64,000 nucleotides of DNA, from positions 40,796 through 104,795 of IMG/VR virus record IMGVR_UViG_3300012983_000035; one strand, given 5' to 3'. Positions 10,262 through 19,432 of this stretch are shown one piece after another. Position 1 is the stretch's first letter. The number at the start of each line of letters is the position of its first letter. Source of the stretch: a virus (Duplodnaviria > Caudoviricetes). Made by a program: the position numbers and the translations under genes. Below the pieces are notes generated by a model. The model worked only from the letters and a program-made list of their open reading frames with translations. It made no database searches and had not been told where the DNA came from.

Positions 10262-11047
10262 ATGTTGAAAGTGTTTGATAAACTCATCGACAAAAATCCA
10301 AACATTGATTATTGTATAGGTACTATAATCAATGAGTATGATATCAAACGAGCACATCCAACAGCGTGCTACTTTATTTTTGGCAAAGAGATGTACGATA
10401 AATTAATGAATATGAACAAACTTGATTGTAATATTCTCATCGGTAAAATGATGAAAGAAGATAAAACTCTTTACCCTAAAATAGAAAAACAAATGTTACG
10501 GTTTATGAATATGTTTTGCGAGGCAAATAATATAGATGAAAAGAATTTTGTATCATCTACTCGCGATTCAATGGTGCTTGTAAATAAGAAACCTATTAAA
10601 ACTGAATTCGAAAATGGTTATCTTAGGTTCGTAAACAAAGAAGGAGAATATACTTCATACATACGTATCGATAATTTGGAGGTGTTATTTGATAGTATGA
10701 GTGGTAATCTTAGAATAAAAGGTATAGATGAAGAATATGTAAAAGCTAATCAACCTTTTATAAGATTATTTAAACAGATGCTTATGATACTGGAATCTTC
10801 TAAGACGACTCCTATGCCAGTTTGTATGAGGAAGATCCAACAAATAAGAGAAAAATATCTTAATTCTAAAGATCCTAGAATGTATGCTTGTCTTACTAGA
10901 AATAATAGGTATGAATATATAATTGATGGTGAAAAAGTTGAATCTGAAGCTTATCTTGAAGAAAAAGATGGAATTCAACTCATAAAACACTCTAATTATA
11001 TAAACCTCATTATGCCCCTAATTAAGATATACTTTAGGCCACATTAA
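10262..11047 (+). CDS. Small divergent family-B DNA polymerase palm-like protein
   Basis: INEYDIKRAHPT resembles PolB motif A (DxxSLYP); STRDSM resembles motif C; no exonuclease domain; 261 aa. Confidence 0.5.
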   Translation: MLKVFDKLIDKNPNIDYCIGTIINEYDIKRAHPTACYFIFGKEMYDKLMNMNKLDCNILIGKMMKEDKTLYPKIEKQMLRFMNMFCEANNIDEKNFVSSTRDSMVLVNKKPIKTEFENGYLRFVNKEGEYTSYIRIDNLEVLFDSMSGNLRIKGIDEEYVKANQPFIRLFKQMLMILESSKTTPMPVCMRKIQQIREKYLNSKDPRMYACLTRNNRYEYIIDGEKVESEAYLEEKDGIQLIKHSNYINLIMPLIKIYFRPH

Positions 11048-11130
11048 GGGTACTTAGAGAAACGTACACTTTTTAGACATAATTATGCACAAATGTTTTA
11101 TGTGCAATTCTTATAACAGAGAGGTAAGCA

Positions 11131-14100
11131 ATGATTGTTATAAAACGAGATGGTAGTAAATCTGAGTTTGATAAAGAAAAGATATTTACTGCTATATCTA
11201 AAGCGAACGATTCGATTACAAAGAAAGCAAACAAGATCACTAAAAAAGAAATAGAAGAAATAACGGATGAGATTGCTAAAGCTTGTGAAGATATTAAATC
11301 TGATAAAAATCGAACTGTAGAAGCAATCCAAGATCTTGTTGAAGAAAAGCTAATTGAACGACAAAAGGTTAAATTAGCTAGAAATTATATTGCTTATAGG
11401 GAAGAAAGAACAAGGATTCGTAATAGAAGTAATACCCTATATAAAGACGTATTTTCTAAAGCATTTGCTAAAAATATTGAAAATCAAAATGCAAATGTTG
11501 ATGAAGCATCTTTTGGTGGAAGAAAAGGTGAAGCTGCTAACGTAATGCTTAAACGTTTAGCTTTAGATGAAGTTATATCTGAGAAATATAGAAAGAATCA
11601 TGAAGAAAATCGTATTTATATTCATGATCTAGATTCTTATCTTCTTGGCATGAGCAATTGTTTAAGCGTTCCATTTGATAAGATTCTTGCTAATGGTTTT
11701 AATACTAGACAGACAGATGTTAGACCTGCTAGCAGTATAAGTACAGCTTTCCAACTTGTAGCGGTAATCTTCCAATTACAATCTTTACAACAATTCGGTA
11801 AACCAAAGAGTATCTGCCGAATCAAAACCTTGTGAACTCACAAATGTGAGGTGTTTCTTTATGTAAATAGAGAAGCTAACGGTCAACTAAATCGAAAGAT
11901 TAAGGTGGTAAGAGAGCCTAAGTCCTATTTATAGGATACGGTAATACCGTGTTAAGAAGATATACTATTATTCTCTTAATGTATCGACTATCGAAAGCAT
12001 AGCTAAGAAGAAATATCTTAGTGAAGAAGCGAGTAGAGTACACGATTAGATGAAACTCCTACGTGGAAGTGCAAGGATGTATATGTGTTTATATACATAA
12101 GATATAGTCAGGCTTTATAGAAATATAAAGGATAGAACTGGGATGTTCTGCTACACACCTTGACACAACTATGGTTCCGTATGTAAGAAAAAGTTTTTTC
12201 AAACATTACATGACTGTTATGGATATTGTTCCATTTGTTAAAGAATCGTGGTTGGATAAAAGCGTTAATAAAAACTCATCAAAAGATATATCTATTGATG
12301 ATGAAATATATAAAGGTAAAAAATGGTTTAACTTTATCAAACGATATGTTTGGAATAAAGCAATGAAATTGACTGTAAGGGAATTGAACCAAGCTATTGA
12401 GGGAATGTATCATAACCTTAATACCTTACAGTCGCGTTCTGGTGCGTTTAATCGCCTAGTAGCATAGAGATATGTTACCGTAAACGGGCAAAATCGGTGA
12501 AGTCTAAGTGATTTTATATCATATGATAATACCGAGGTAACTTGAGATATTGCGAATAGGATCTTAAGTACCGTAGAGCGTAGGAGATGAATAAATATAA
12601 TTCTCCCAAGAGTGTCCGTCACCAGATATTATAGATATCTGTGAGTTGGAATGATTACCAACAATACCTAACGTTAAACGAGGGTGAAAATGTACGCCGA
12701 GCTTATAGGAAACTATAAGAACTAGAGGATAAAAAGCCTTTAGGATAACAAATCTGAATCAGTTGCCTTTTACTTCAATTAACTATGGTCTCTGTACTTT
12801 AACAGAAGGACGCATGGTTACAAAAGCTCTCTTAGAGGGCAGTTTAAAAGGTGTTGGTAAATTCCATAAAACACCTATCTTCCCTTGTGGAATATTCCAA
12901 TATAAACAAGGGGTAAATGATAAACCTGGTACTCCTAATTATGATTTAAAGAAACTTGCTATCAAATCTACTGTTAGACGTTTGTATCCCAATTACGCAA
13001 ACTGTGATTGGTCTGTAAACGATTCTGCTATTGATTATGATAGAGTTACAAAAAGAGAAATCATTAGGAATATTAGAGATAATGATAAAGATACATATGA
13101 TAAACTTGTAAAATTCTTTACTGAACATTACGACATTTGTAAATATCTTCGTCTTGAATTAGTTGATAGTGGAACTGAAATTGGAATAATCGATGAAGTT
13201 CAACCTGATGAAGACATGGGAACCATAAAACCTGTGGCCTAGAACAGTGATGTTCTATGGAAAAACTTGCCTAAACATGGGAACGCTTGTGTTATTTACG
13301 TTCGAACACAAGTCAATCGTGTGTTAAATTTGATATCGTATTAAAATAAAATGTCTCCTTGACGTATTTGTAGAAGGGGATGTATATTATGAAAGAAGAG
13401 ATATGGAAATCTGTTAAGAACCATGAAGATTACTATGAAGTTAGTTCAGATGGGCGAGTTCGTAGTAAAATTAGTGGTAAGATCGTTGTTGGAGATGTAA
13501 ATGCGGTCGGTTATAAACGAGTCACTTTATATGTGCCGAAAAAAGAAAGAGTGTTTGTTCATAGATTAGTAGCATCGCATTTTGTAGAAGGTGAAAATGA
13601 TGGGTTAGTTGTGAATCACGTTGATGGTTGTAAAACTAATAATTCTGCTGAAAACCTTGAATGGGTTACTAGATCTGAAAACGATAAACACGCGTTTCGT
13701 CTTGGTTTAAGACACCCTAATCCACCAGAATATAAACATAAATACATTTTATATTCAAGAGATACAGGTGAGGTCTTAACACATTATACAACATCCATAG
13801 ATTCAGCAACAGATTTGAATGTGACTAGATCTAGAGTTTATAACAGAGCCAATAAAGATCAGAAATTTGGACCTAATGGTAATTTAGGTTTGATATTAGA
13901 AACTGATAAGACTATTGATGATCTTATAAATTCTGGAATTCTTAAATCTGAAACTGAACCGGTTACTCCATACGATATTAATAAAAACTAAACGACTATC
14001 GAAAGCATAGCTAAGAAGAAATATCTTAATGAAGAAGCGAGTAGAGTAGAATCAAGTGATTCGAAACGGCAAGGGTCTCACAGAGGTTAATACAATGTGA

Positions 14101-15586
14101 GATCGTGATATAGTCTAACCTGGATAGTGATATCCAGAATAGTTACAATTTGTGACTTAACGTAAGTGTAACGAGCTTGCGGAATAACTCTGAAGAAGGG
14201 GTTGTAGAACGTATAATGGAGCAGATGTTAATTTTAGTAAATCTTTCGAATACAATTTGGAATTGGCAGCTAGTGGAGAAACAGATTTATCAAAATATGA
14301 CGATTGTGTTTCAGCTGCGTTGAAAGATGGGCGAGGAAATATTGCCCCTAATACAATAATTTTACCTACCGCAGCAATGGAATGTAAAACAGGTAAAATC
14401 AAGTTATCGGACGATCTTATCGAAAACTTTATGTTATATCTTGATCAATTGATTCATGAAGCAAAAGATGAATTGATTGAACGATTTGAATATATTTGTT
14501 CACAATCAGAAGCAGCAGCAAAGTTTATGTATGAGAATAGAACTTTCGTAGGATATATTCCTAGTGAGGGTATAAGATCTGCATTACGACATGGGACTTT
14601 GGTTATTGGACAAATTGGTTTAGCTGAGACTTTAAATATTCTTATTGGAAAAGATCACACTACTTCTGAAGGAATGGAATTAGCTAAACGAATTGAGAAC
14701 CTTTATAAGAAAAGATGTGCTCAATTTAAAACAGAGTATAGCTTAAACTTTGGTGTGTATTATACGCCTAAAATCTGTGGGCGTCATATGAGTAATCATA
14801 TGTATAAAACTACGTTAAACGGGCTGAATGTAATAAATTGGTAAGAAAGGCTAAACTTTAATAAAAGCAAGCTAACCCCGTAGGATAGAACAATATGAGT
14901 TCTGTTCTCTAACGACTATCGAAAGCATAGCTAAGAAGAAATATCTTAGTGAAGAAGCGAGTAGAGTAGAATCAAGTGATTCGAAACGCGTAGCTCCAAT
15001 AGATTAGTAACAGATTTATTGGATGATTATATAGTCTAATCCTCTTTTAAATATCGGGAAACCGAAGGTATAATAAAAGGCAGAAAATCTATGCTATACA
15101 TCTATGACCAAGTTTAAGAAAGCTTATGGTGAGATTGAAAATGTAAGCGATAGAAAATACTTTACAAATAGTATGCATGTTCCAGTATGGAAACAAATGT
15201 CACCTTTTAATAAGATTGACATTGAATCTGAATTAACAGGTTATTCTTCTGGTGGATGTATAACTTATGTAGAGGTTGATGAAAACGCTGCTAGAAACGA
15301 AACAGTTGTTGAACAAATTATCGATTACGAAATGAAAGAAAAGGATATCCCATATGCCGCTGTGAATTTGCCTAATAAGACTTGTAGAAAATGTGGTTAT
15401 TCAGGTAAAATGGCAGGTGTAAATGGTGATGTTTGTCCTACATGTGGATCTAGTGAGATCGATGAATTAGGACGTATCACAGGTTATTTATTTGGAACGG
15501 TTAACCAAGCTAACGCAGGTAAACAAGATGAATTTAAAGATCGTGTAGATCATACTGATTCATTGGTTGGATGGGCTAGACATTAA
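11131..15586 (+). CDS. nrdD: Anaerobic (class III) ribonucleotide reductase, 5 exons: 11131-11799, 12141-12443, 12757-13226, 14199-14769, 15080-15586 (839 aa spliced)
   Basis: ATP-cone (VIKRDG), IYIHDLD, QQFG|GCSATHLD, SRSG|NQLPFTSINYG, TM|GCRT, YYTP|AENLC, YFTNS, CxxC..CxxC and glycyl-radical GRITGYL; exons sum to 2520 nt in frame. Confidence 0.95.
11800..12140 (+). mobile_element. Group I intron 1 in nrdD (ORF-less, 341 nt)
   Basis: 5' exon ends in U; P1 ttcggt/gccgaa with U.G pair; P7 GACTA(11986)/TAGTC; terminal G at 12140. Confidence 0.92.
12444..12756 (+). mobile_element. Group I intron 2 in nrdD (ORF-less, 313 nt, variant P7)
   Basis: Exon ends GGT; ends in G at 12756 restoring SG-NQLPFTS; P7 GCGTA/TACGC instead of GACTA/TAGTC. 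Confidence 0.88.
13227..14198 (+). mobile_element. Group I intron 3 in nrdD (972 nt) carrying a homing endonuclease
   Basis: P1 ccat/gtgg with U.G; splits the ATG of TMGCRT; P7 GACTA/TAGTC; terminal G at 14198. Confidence 0.93.
13389..13991 (+). CDS. Intron-encoded NUMOD4-HNH homing endonuclease
   Basis: EIWKSV..YEVSSDGRVRS (NUMOD4); VHRLVA..VVNHVDGCKTNNSAENLEWVTRSENDKH (HNH); SD AAGGGG at 13374-79 favours ATG 13389 over 13380. Confidence 0.92.
   Translation: MKEEIWKSVKNHEDYYEVSSDGRVRSKISGKIVVGDVNAVGYKRVTLYVPKKERVFVHRLVASHFVEGENDGLVVNHVDGCKTNNSAENLEWVTRSENDKHAFRLGLRHPNPPEYKHKYILYSRDTGEVLTHYTTSIDSATDLNVTRSRVYNRANKDQKFGPNGNLGLILETDKTIDDLINSGILKSETEPVTPYDINKN
14770..15079 (+). mobile_element. 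Group I intron 4 in nrdD (ORF-less, 310 nt)
   Basis: P1 acgcct/gggcgt with U.G; P7 GACTA/TAGTC; terminal G at 15079 restores YYTP-AENLC. Confidence 0.93.
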
Positions 15587-15593
15587 ATAACAT

Positions 15594-15629
15594 AAACCTC
15601 TCCTAGATAAAACTAGGAGAGGTTATTTT
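15594..15629 (+). terminator. Rho-independent terminator after nrdD
   Basis: aacctctcctag-ataaaa-ctaggagaggtt then atttt. Confidence 0.85.
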
Positions 15630-15651
15630 CACTATTTTAAAAGGAGATTAC

Positions 15652-16071
15652 ATGAAAAAGTTATTTGCATCGTTGGTTGTTATTATTTTAGTAACATTTA
15701 CTGTTACTTCACAATCTTTAAGAAACCCACAATTTTTAAATTCTGTCTCAGATAGAGTTCAACAGGATGGAAACAAATCTGTTATAAAAAATTTCAATTA
15801 TACGGATATTAATGAAACTTTAGTAGACGCTGAGATTGTATTTTATGAAGATTATAATTCTGCTATATTTAGATTTATAATTCCTAAGACAATGAAATAT
15901 GATGAAGGTGATATTGAGGTTATGTTTAAACATCTTGTGGAAACTTGGATTGAAGATCAAGAACACAGATATTATACATATACTGTCACTAATAGAAAAT
16001 CATTTTTTAGTAGAAAGGACAAAGATGGAAACAAAGTTACAATTAGAGAATTCAAAGTGTACTTTGGATGA
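15652..16071 (+). CDS. Secreted hypothetical protein
   Basis: AAGGAG SD; MKKLF + hydrophobic signal peptide. Confidence 0.7.
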   Translation: MKKLFASLVVIILVTFTVTSQSLRNPQFLNSVSDRVQQDGNKSVIKNFNYTDINETLVDAEIVFYEDYNSAIFRFIIPKTMKYDEGDIEVMFKHLVETWIEDQEHRYYTYTVTNRKSFFSRKDKDGNKVTIREFKVYFG

Positions 16072-16084
16072 TAAAATTAAAAAT

Positions 16085-16696
16085 ATGAGATATGCTGGTA
16101 TTATTGTTGATGATATAGTTGATTCGTTTAATGGTATCAGTTTATCTTTTTGGACACAAGGTTGTCCATTTCATTGTAAAGGTTGTCATAATCCACAAAC
16201 TTGGGATCCATCTGGAGGATTACCTATCCCAGAAGATATCGATGAGTTTATTAAAGATAAACTTCATGCTAATGGGATAATTAGAAATTTTTCTATTCTT
16301 GGTGGAGAACCGCTATATGATGATAATGTCAAATTAGTTAGACATCTAGTAGAATTAGTGTCAAAGTTTTCTCCTAGTTCTAAGATTTATCTTTGGACAG
16401 GATATAAGATTGAAGATCTTATTGATAGAGCTGTTCATGAACGAGAGTTTGATTCTAATGATGATTTGTACGTAGTTTTATCTAAAGTAAATTATCTTAT
16501 AGATGGACAATATGAAGAAGAGAATAGAGATACTATAAATTTGATGTTAAGAGGTTCGTCTAATCAACGCATTTTTGAACGTTATGATAGAAAGATTTTA
16601 AAATACTTTACTGTTTGTGATTTTTATTATAAAGATATAACTAAAGAAGTTGACAACTCGAATAAAATTAGATTCAATATTAAATGTACAAGATGA
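16085..16696 (+). CDS. nrdG: Anaerobic RNR activase (radical SAM)
   Basis: MRYAGI..D...G..SFWTQGCPFHCKGCHNPQTWD, ILGGEPL, WTGY, LIDGQY, RGSSNQR. Confidence 0.93.
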   Translation: MRYAGIIVDDIVDSFNGISLSFWTQGCPFHCKGCHNPQTWDPSGGLPIPEDIDEFIKDKLHANGIIRNFSILGGEPLYDDNVKLVRHLVELVSKFSPSSKIYLWTGYKIEDLIDRAVHEREFDSNDDLYVVLSKVNYLIDGQYEEENRDTINLMLRGSSNQRIFERYDRKILKYFTVCDFYYKDITKEVDNSNKIRFNIKCTR

Positions 16697-16828
16697 TTTT
16701 TAGTTATTTGGGATAATTGATTGTATATTATAATTGTGTATGGGAGGACACTATGAACAATTCAAGTTGAATAAACTCTTTAAATTCCAATTATATTAAT
16801 ACAATTGATTATTTAAGGAGATTAAAAC

Positions 16829-17383
16829 ATGTTGTGTGGAAATGAAAAATTATTGGTTGAGATTGTTGAAGATGGATATTTTAAATCTATGACATTGGAT
16901 GATGCTTATGAATTTGTTAAGCAAGGTAAAACAATAAATGTTCAGATTTATAATATATGGAAAAGAACAAAACTGACTTTAGTAGATAAAAGTGCTTTGT
17001 ATAAAAATAAAAAGACATTTTGTAAAATCGTAATAGCAGTTAGTAAAAATGTCCACTATATTGAAAAAGACAGTGAAATTCCATCTTATTTTGAAGATGG
17101 AACTATCGTGTTCATTAAATCTCAACGAATACGTAAAAACACACCGATATTGTTTAACCCTACTACAATGTGGTTAGACAGAAAAGATATTGCTAGTTGT
17201 TACGCTGAATCTGTTGAAAAAGTAAATGTTGATGACATTGATGCTAACTTTTATAAACTTGAAGTAGCTGATGTTGGAAAATTATACTTGGATAATTCGT
17301 ATATTGAATTGTCAGATGGATTCTTGATTAAATCTGATGGTACATTTGAATTTGAACCTGAAGATGAAGAAATGACTGCATAA
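16829..17383 (+). CDS. Stand-alone degenerate Hint/intein-like domain protein
   Basis: LCGNEKLLV (block A-like), VEKV..FYKLEV (block F-like), YIELSDGFLIKS (block G-like, no His-Asn). Confidence 0.5.
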   Translation: MLCGNEKLLVEIVEDGYFKSMTLDDAYEFVKQGKTINVQIYNIWKRTKLTLVDKSALYKNKKTFCKIVIAVSKNVHYIEKDSEIPSYFEDGTIVFIKSQRIRKNTPILFNPTTMWLDRKDIASCYAESVEKVNVDDIDANFYKLEVADVGKLYLDNSYIELSDGFLIKSDGTFEFEPEDEEMTA

Positions 17384-17395
17384 AAAATAAAATAG

Positions 17396-17425
17396 ATAAC
17401 CCGGATTTGTCCGGGTTATTTTTTA
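17396..17425 (+). terminator. Rho-independent terminator
   Basis: ataacccgga-tttg-tccgggttat then T-run. Confidence 0.85.
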
Positions 17426-17520
17426 TAAAATAATAATTACATGTACATTATATTGATTAGAATTTGTTAGTATATGATTTTTTATTTAAACTAAAATATC
17501 ATGTATATATTCTAATTATG

Positions 17521-18005
17521 AATAAAGTGGTGAATTGTGGATAATACAACCCCTCCCACCCAATCTATAATTTCACATACTTTATTAGTCAGAACAAGCA
17601 TAAGTGTAATTCTGGATGTTTACATTTATAAAGCTTGTTCTGATATTTTTTGCGAACGTTGCGTTGGTGCAATATGTGTGTTTCGGATTCATATCGTAGA
17701 TGTACGAATTTATCCACATTATAAAATGCTATATAGAAAGTTCGAATCTTTCCGTTCGCGTGTCTAAAAACAACGTTAATTGTAAACAGTAATAAGTATA
17801 TTTGTATACGTCCTAATTATATTTATGAAGTATCATCAGATATAATTTCTTGGACATTGTATAATTCCGATATATCTTATTAAAAATGTCATATATGTTA
17901 GTTTTTAGAAAAGTCTTGTCTTACTATAAGACTGTTGGTATTGAGGAAGTTTAAGTCGTATTTTCGATTTATTCTTCCTCAATATTCAATCATGGTCTTT
18001 TTTTT
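17521..18005 (+). ncRNA. Putative ~480-nt structured non-coding RNA containing a tRNA-like domain
   Basis: Consecutive long hairpins (17521-17586, 17589-17643, 17763-17909, 17935-17990); promoter-like TATATTCT at 17506; U-run at ~17998-18005. Confidence 0.6.
17652..17760 (+). ncRNA. tRNA-like element with expanded anticodon/variable region, no encoded CCA
   Basis: Acceptor stem GCGAACG/CGTTCGC (7 bp), T-arm GAAAG-TTCGAAT-CTTTC, mini D-arm GCG-TTGG-TGC, discriminator G; 109 nt. Confidence 0.6.
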
Positions 18006-18030
18006 GTTTAAAAAATGAAGGGTTAATGAT

Positions 18031-18780
18031 ATGGGTAAGTTTTATATAAAGCCTAGTGATGAGAGTGAAAATGGCGTTGTTAAACTAGAATATGATAAAA
18101 ATAATATTATTCATTTGGATGATATTCCTGATATCGATTTTGATATGAAGATGACATCAGTTAATGAAAAATATTACAAGTATGTAACAAAGATGTGTCG
18201 ACATACACCAGAATATAGAGATTTTATTCAGTTTATGAAACATAACTTGAATGTAGATCATTGTTCATTTTATGAAGGATATTCTATTAAGAATGGTTTC
18301 ACAATTGAATTACATCACGCTCCATTTACATTGTATGATTATGTGGAAGCCTGCTGTACAAAATCTATGTATAGAAATGGGTGGGTTGAAACATTTAAGA
18401 TATGTGAAGAAGTAATAGCTCTACATTATAGATTTATGGTTGGTTTGACTCCTCTTAATCCAACAGCTCACAAATTAGTGCACTCAGATGTACTTCCTGT
18501 ACATCCTAAGATTGTAATTGGTGATTGGAAATCTTTTTATGGAGAATATAGTGCTTGGTTGAGCGAATCCGCTATAAAGAAATATGAAGATGCTGTCGCT
18601 ATGGAGAAAAAGACTGAGGTTCCTGGTGTTCCTAAAATATTAGAATATGCTCCTACTATTCTTAAGACTAATCTACCTAGACTTACGGAAAAAGATTTGG
18701 ATAAGATGGTTATTGAAAACAAGATAAAGATGTTAGAAGCTAACCAACAGAAATTACAGGAGGATAAAAATGGTATTTAA
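18031..18780 (+). CDS. HNH-like protein (paralog of 25937-26626)
   Basis: R.TPEY..FI.F.K...C...IELHHAPFTLYD...L.PTAHKLVH. Confidence 0.55.
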   Translation: MGKFYIKPSDESENGVVKLEYDKNNIIHLDDIPDIDFDMKMTSVNEKYYKYVTKMCRHTPEYRDFIQFMKHNLNVDHCSFYEGYSIKNGFTIELHHAPFTLYDYVEACCTKSMYRNGWVETFKICEEVIALHYRFMVGLTPLNPTAHKLVHSDVLPVHPKIVIGDWKSFYGEYSAWLSESAIKKYEDAVAMEKKTEVPGVPKILEYAPTILKTNLPRLTEKDLDKMVIENKIKMLEANQQKLQEDKNGI

Positions 18781-19399
18781 TATTATTATTTTAACATTGG
18801 TTATTTTATTAGCAGTTGCTATGTTTTTCATTTATATAAAGATGCCAAAACAAATAGTTAGTAAAAAGACTGTATTTGATGATACAAAAGATTATTTACA
18901 TGTGATAAATTCGTTTATAAGAAATGAATTTTTATTTGAATTGAAAAAATGGATAATGCAGTCTAAATCTGTGACCAATGTGGCTAATGGTGAAAATAAA
19001 TTCTACACAGAATTAACTGATGATGAAATTTTACAACAAAAATTATCAAAAATAACTGCGTTAATTATAACTAAGATGTCATCAGATGTTAAAAATGCTT
19101 TTTATAGATTATATTCTACTAGTTTTTCGTATTATGGTTCTGATGACGATGAACCTACTACCGATAAAGATACTTTGTATATTTACGTTGCAAGATTGCT
19201 TGCATTATATGTAAGTAGAATAGTTACTGAATTAACCACTTTAATGACAAAATTCCCAGATATCTCACAAAGTGAAATAATGAGCGATTACATTATAGAA
19301 ATTAATAATGAACTCTACATCTATAATGAGACATATGTAATAAATTTAAACACAGTAGATGAAAATAACTTCACACAAAAAACACAACATATGTCTTAG
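18770..19399 (+). CDS. Membrane-anchored hypothetical protein
   Basis: AGGAGG SD; N-terminal TM helix. Confidence 0.7.
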   Translation: MVFNIIILTLVILLAVAMFFIYIKMPKQIVSKKTVFDDTKDYLHVINSFIRNEFLFELKKWIMQSKSVTNVANGENKFYTELTDDEILQQKLSKITALIITKMSSDVKNAFYRLYSTSFSYYGSDDDEPTTDKDTLYIYVARLLALYVSRIVTELTTLMTKFPDISQSEIMSDYIIEINNELYIYNETYVINLNTVDENNFTQKTQHMS

Positions 19400-19432
19400 A
19401 CTTGGATTTATTAATTAAGGAGAAAAATATAA

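Noticed and set aside
11131-15586. nrdD pseudogene or frameshifted fragments
   Set aside because: Fragments rejoin exactly in frame at canonical group I splice sites
15899-16084. N-terminal extension of NrdG
   Set aside because: Overlaps the upstream gene; NrdG similarity begins at MRYAGI (16085)
17652-17760. tmRNA or canonical tRNA
   Set aside because: No G3.U70 or tag reading frame; no 7-nt anticodon loop in the standard position; no CCA
17537-17767. 76-aa ORF in the ORF track
   Set aside because: No convincing SD; overlaps extensive RNA stems and the tRNA-like domain
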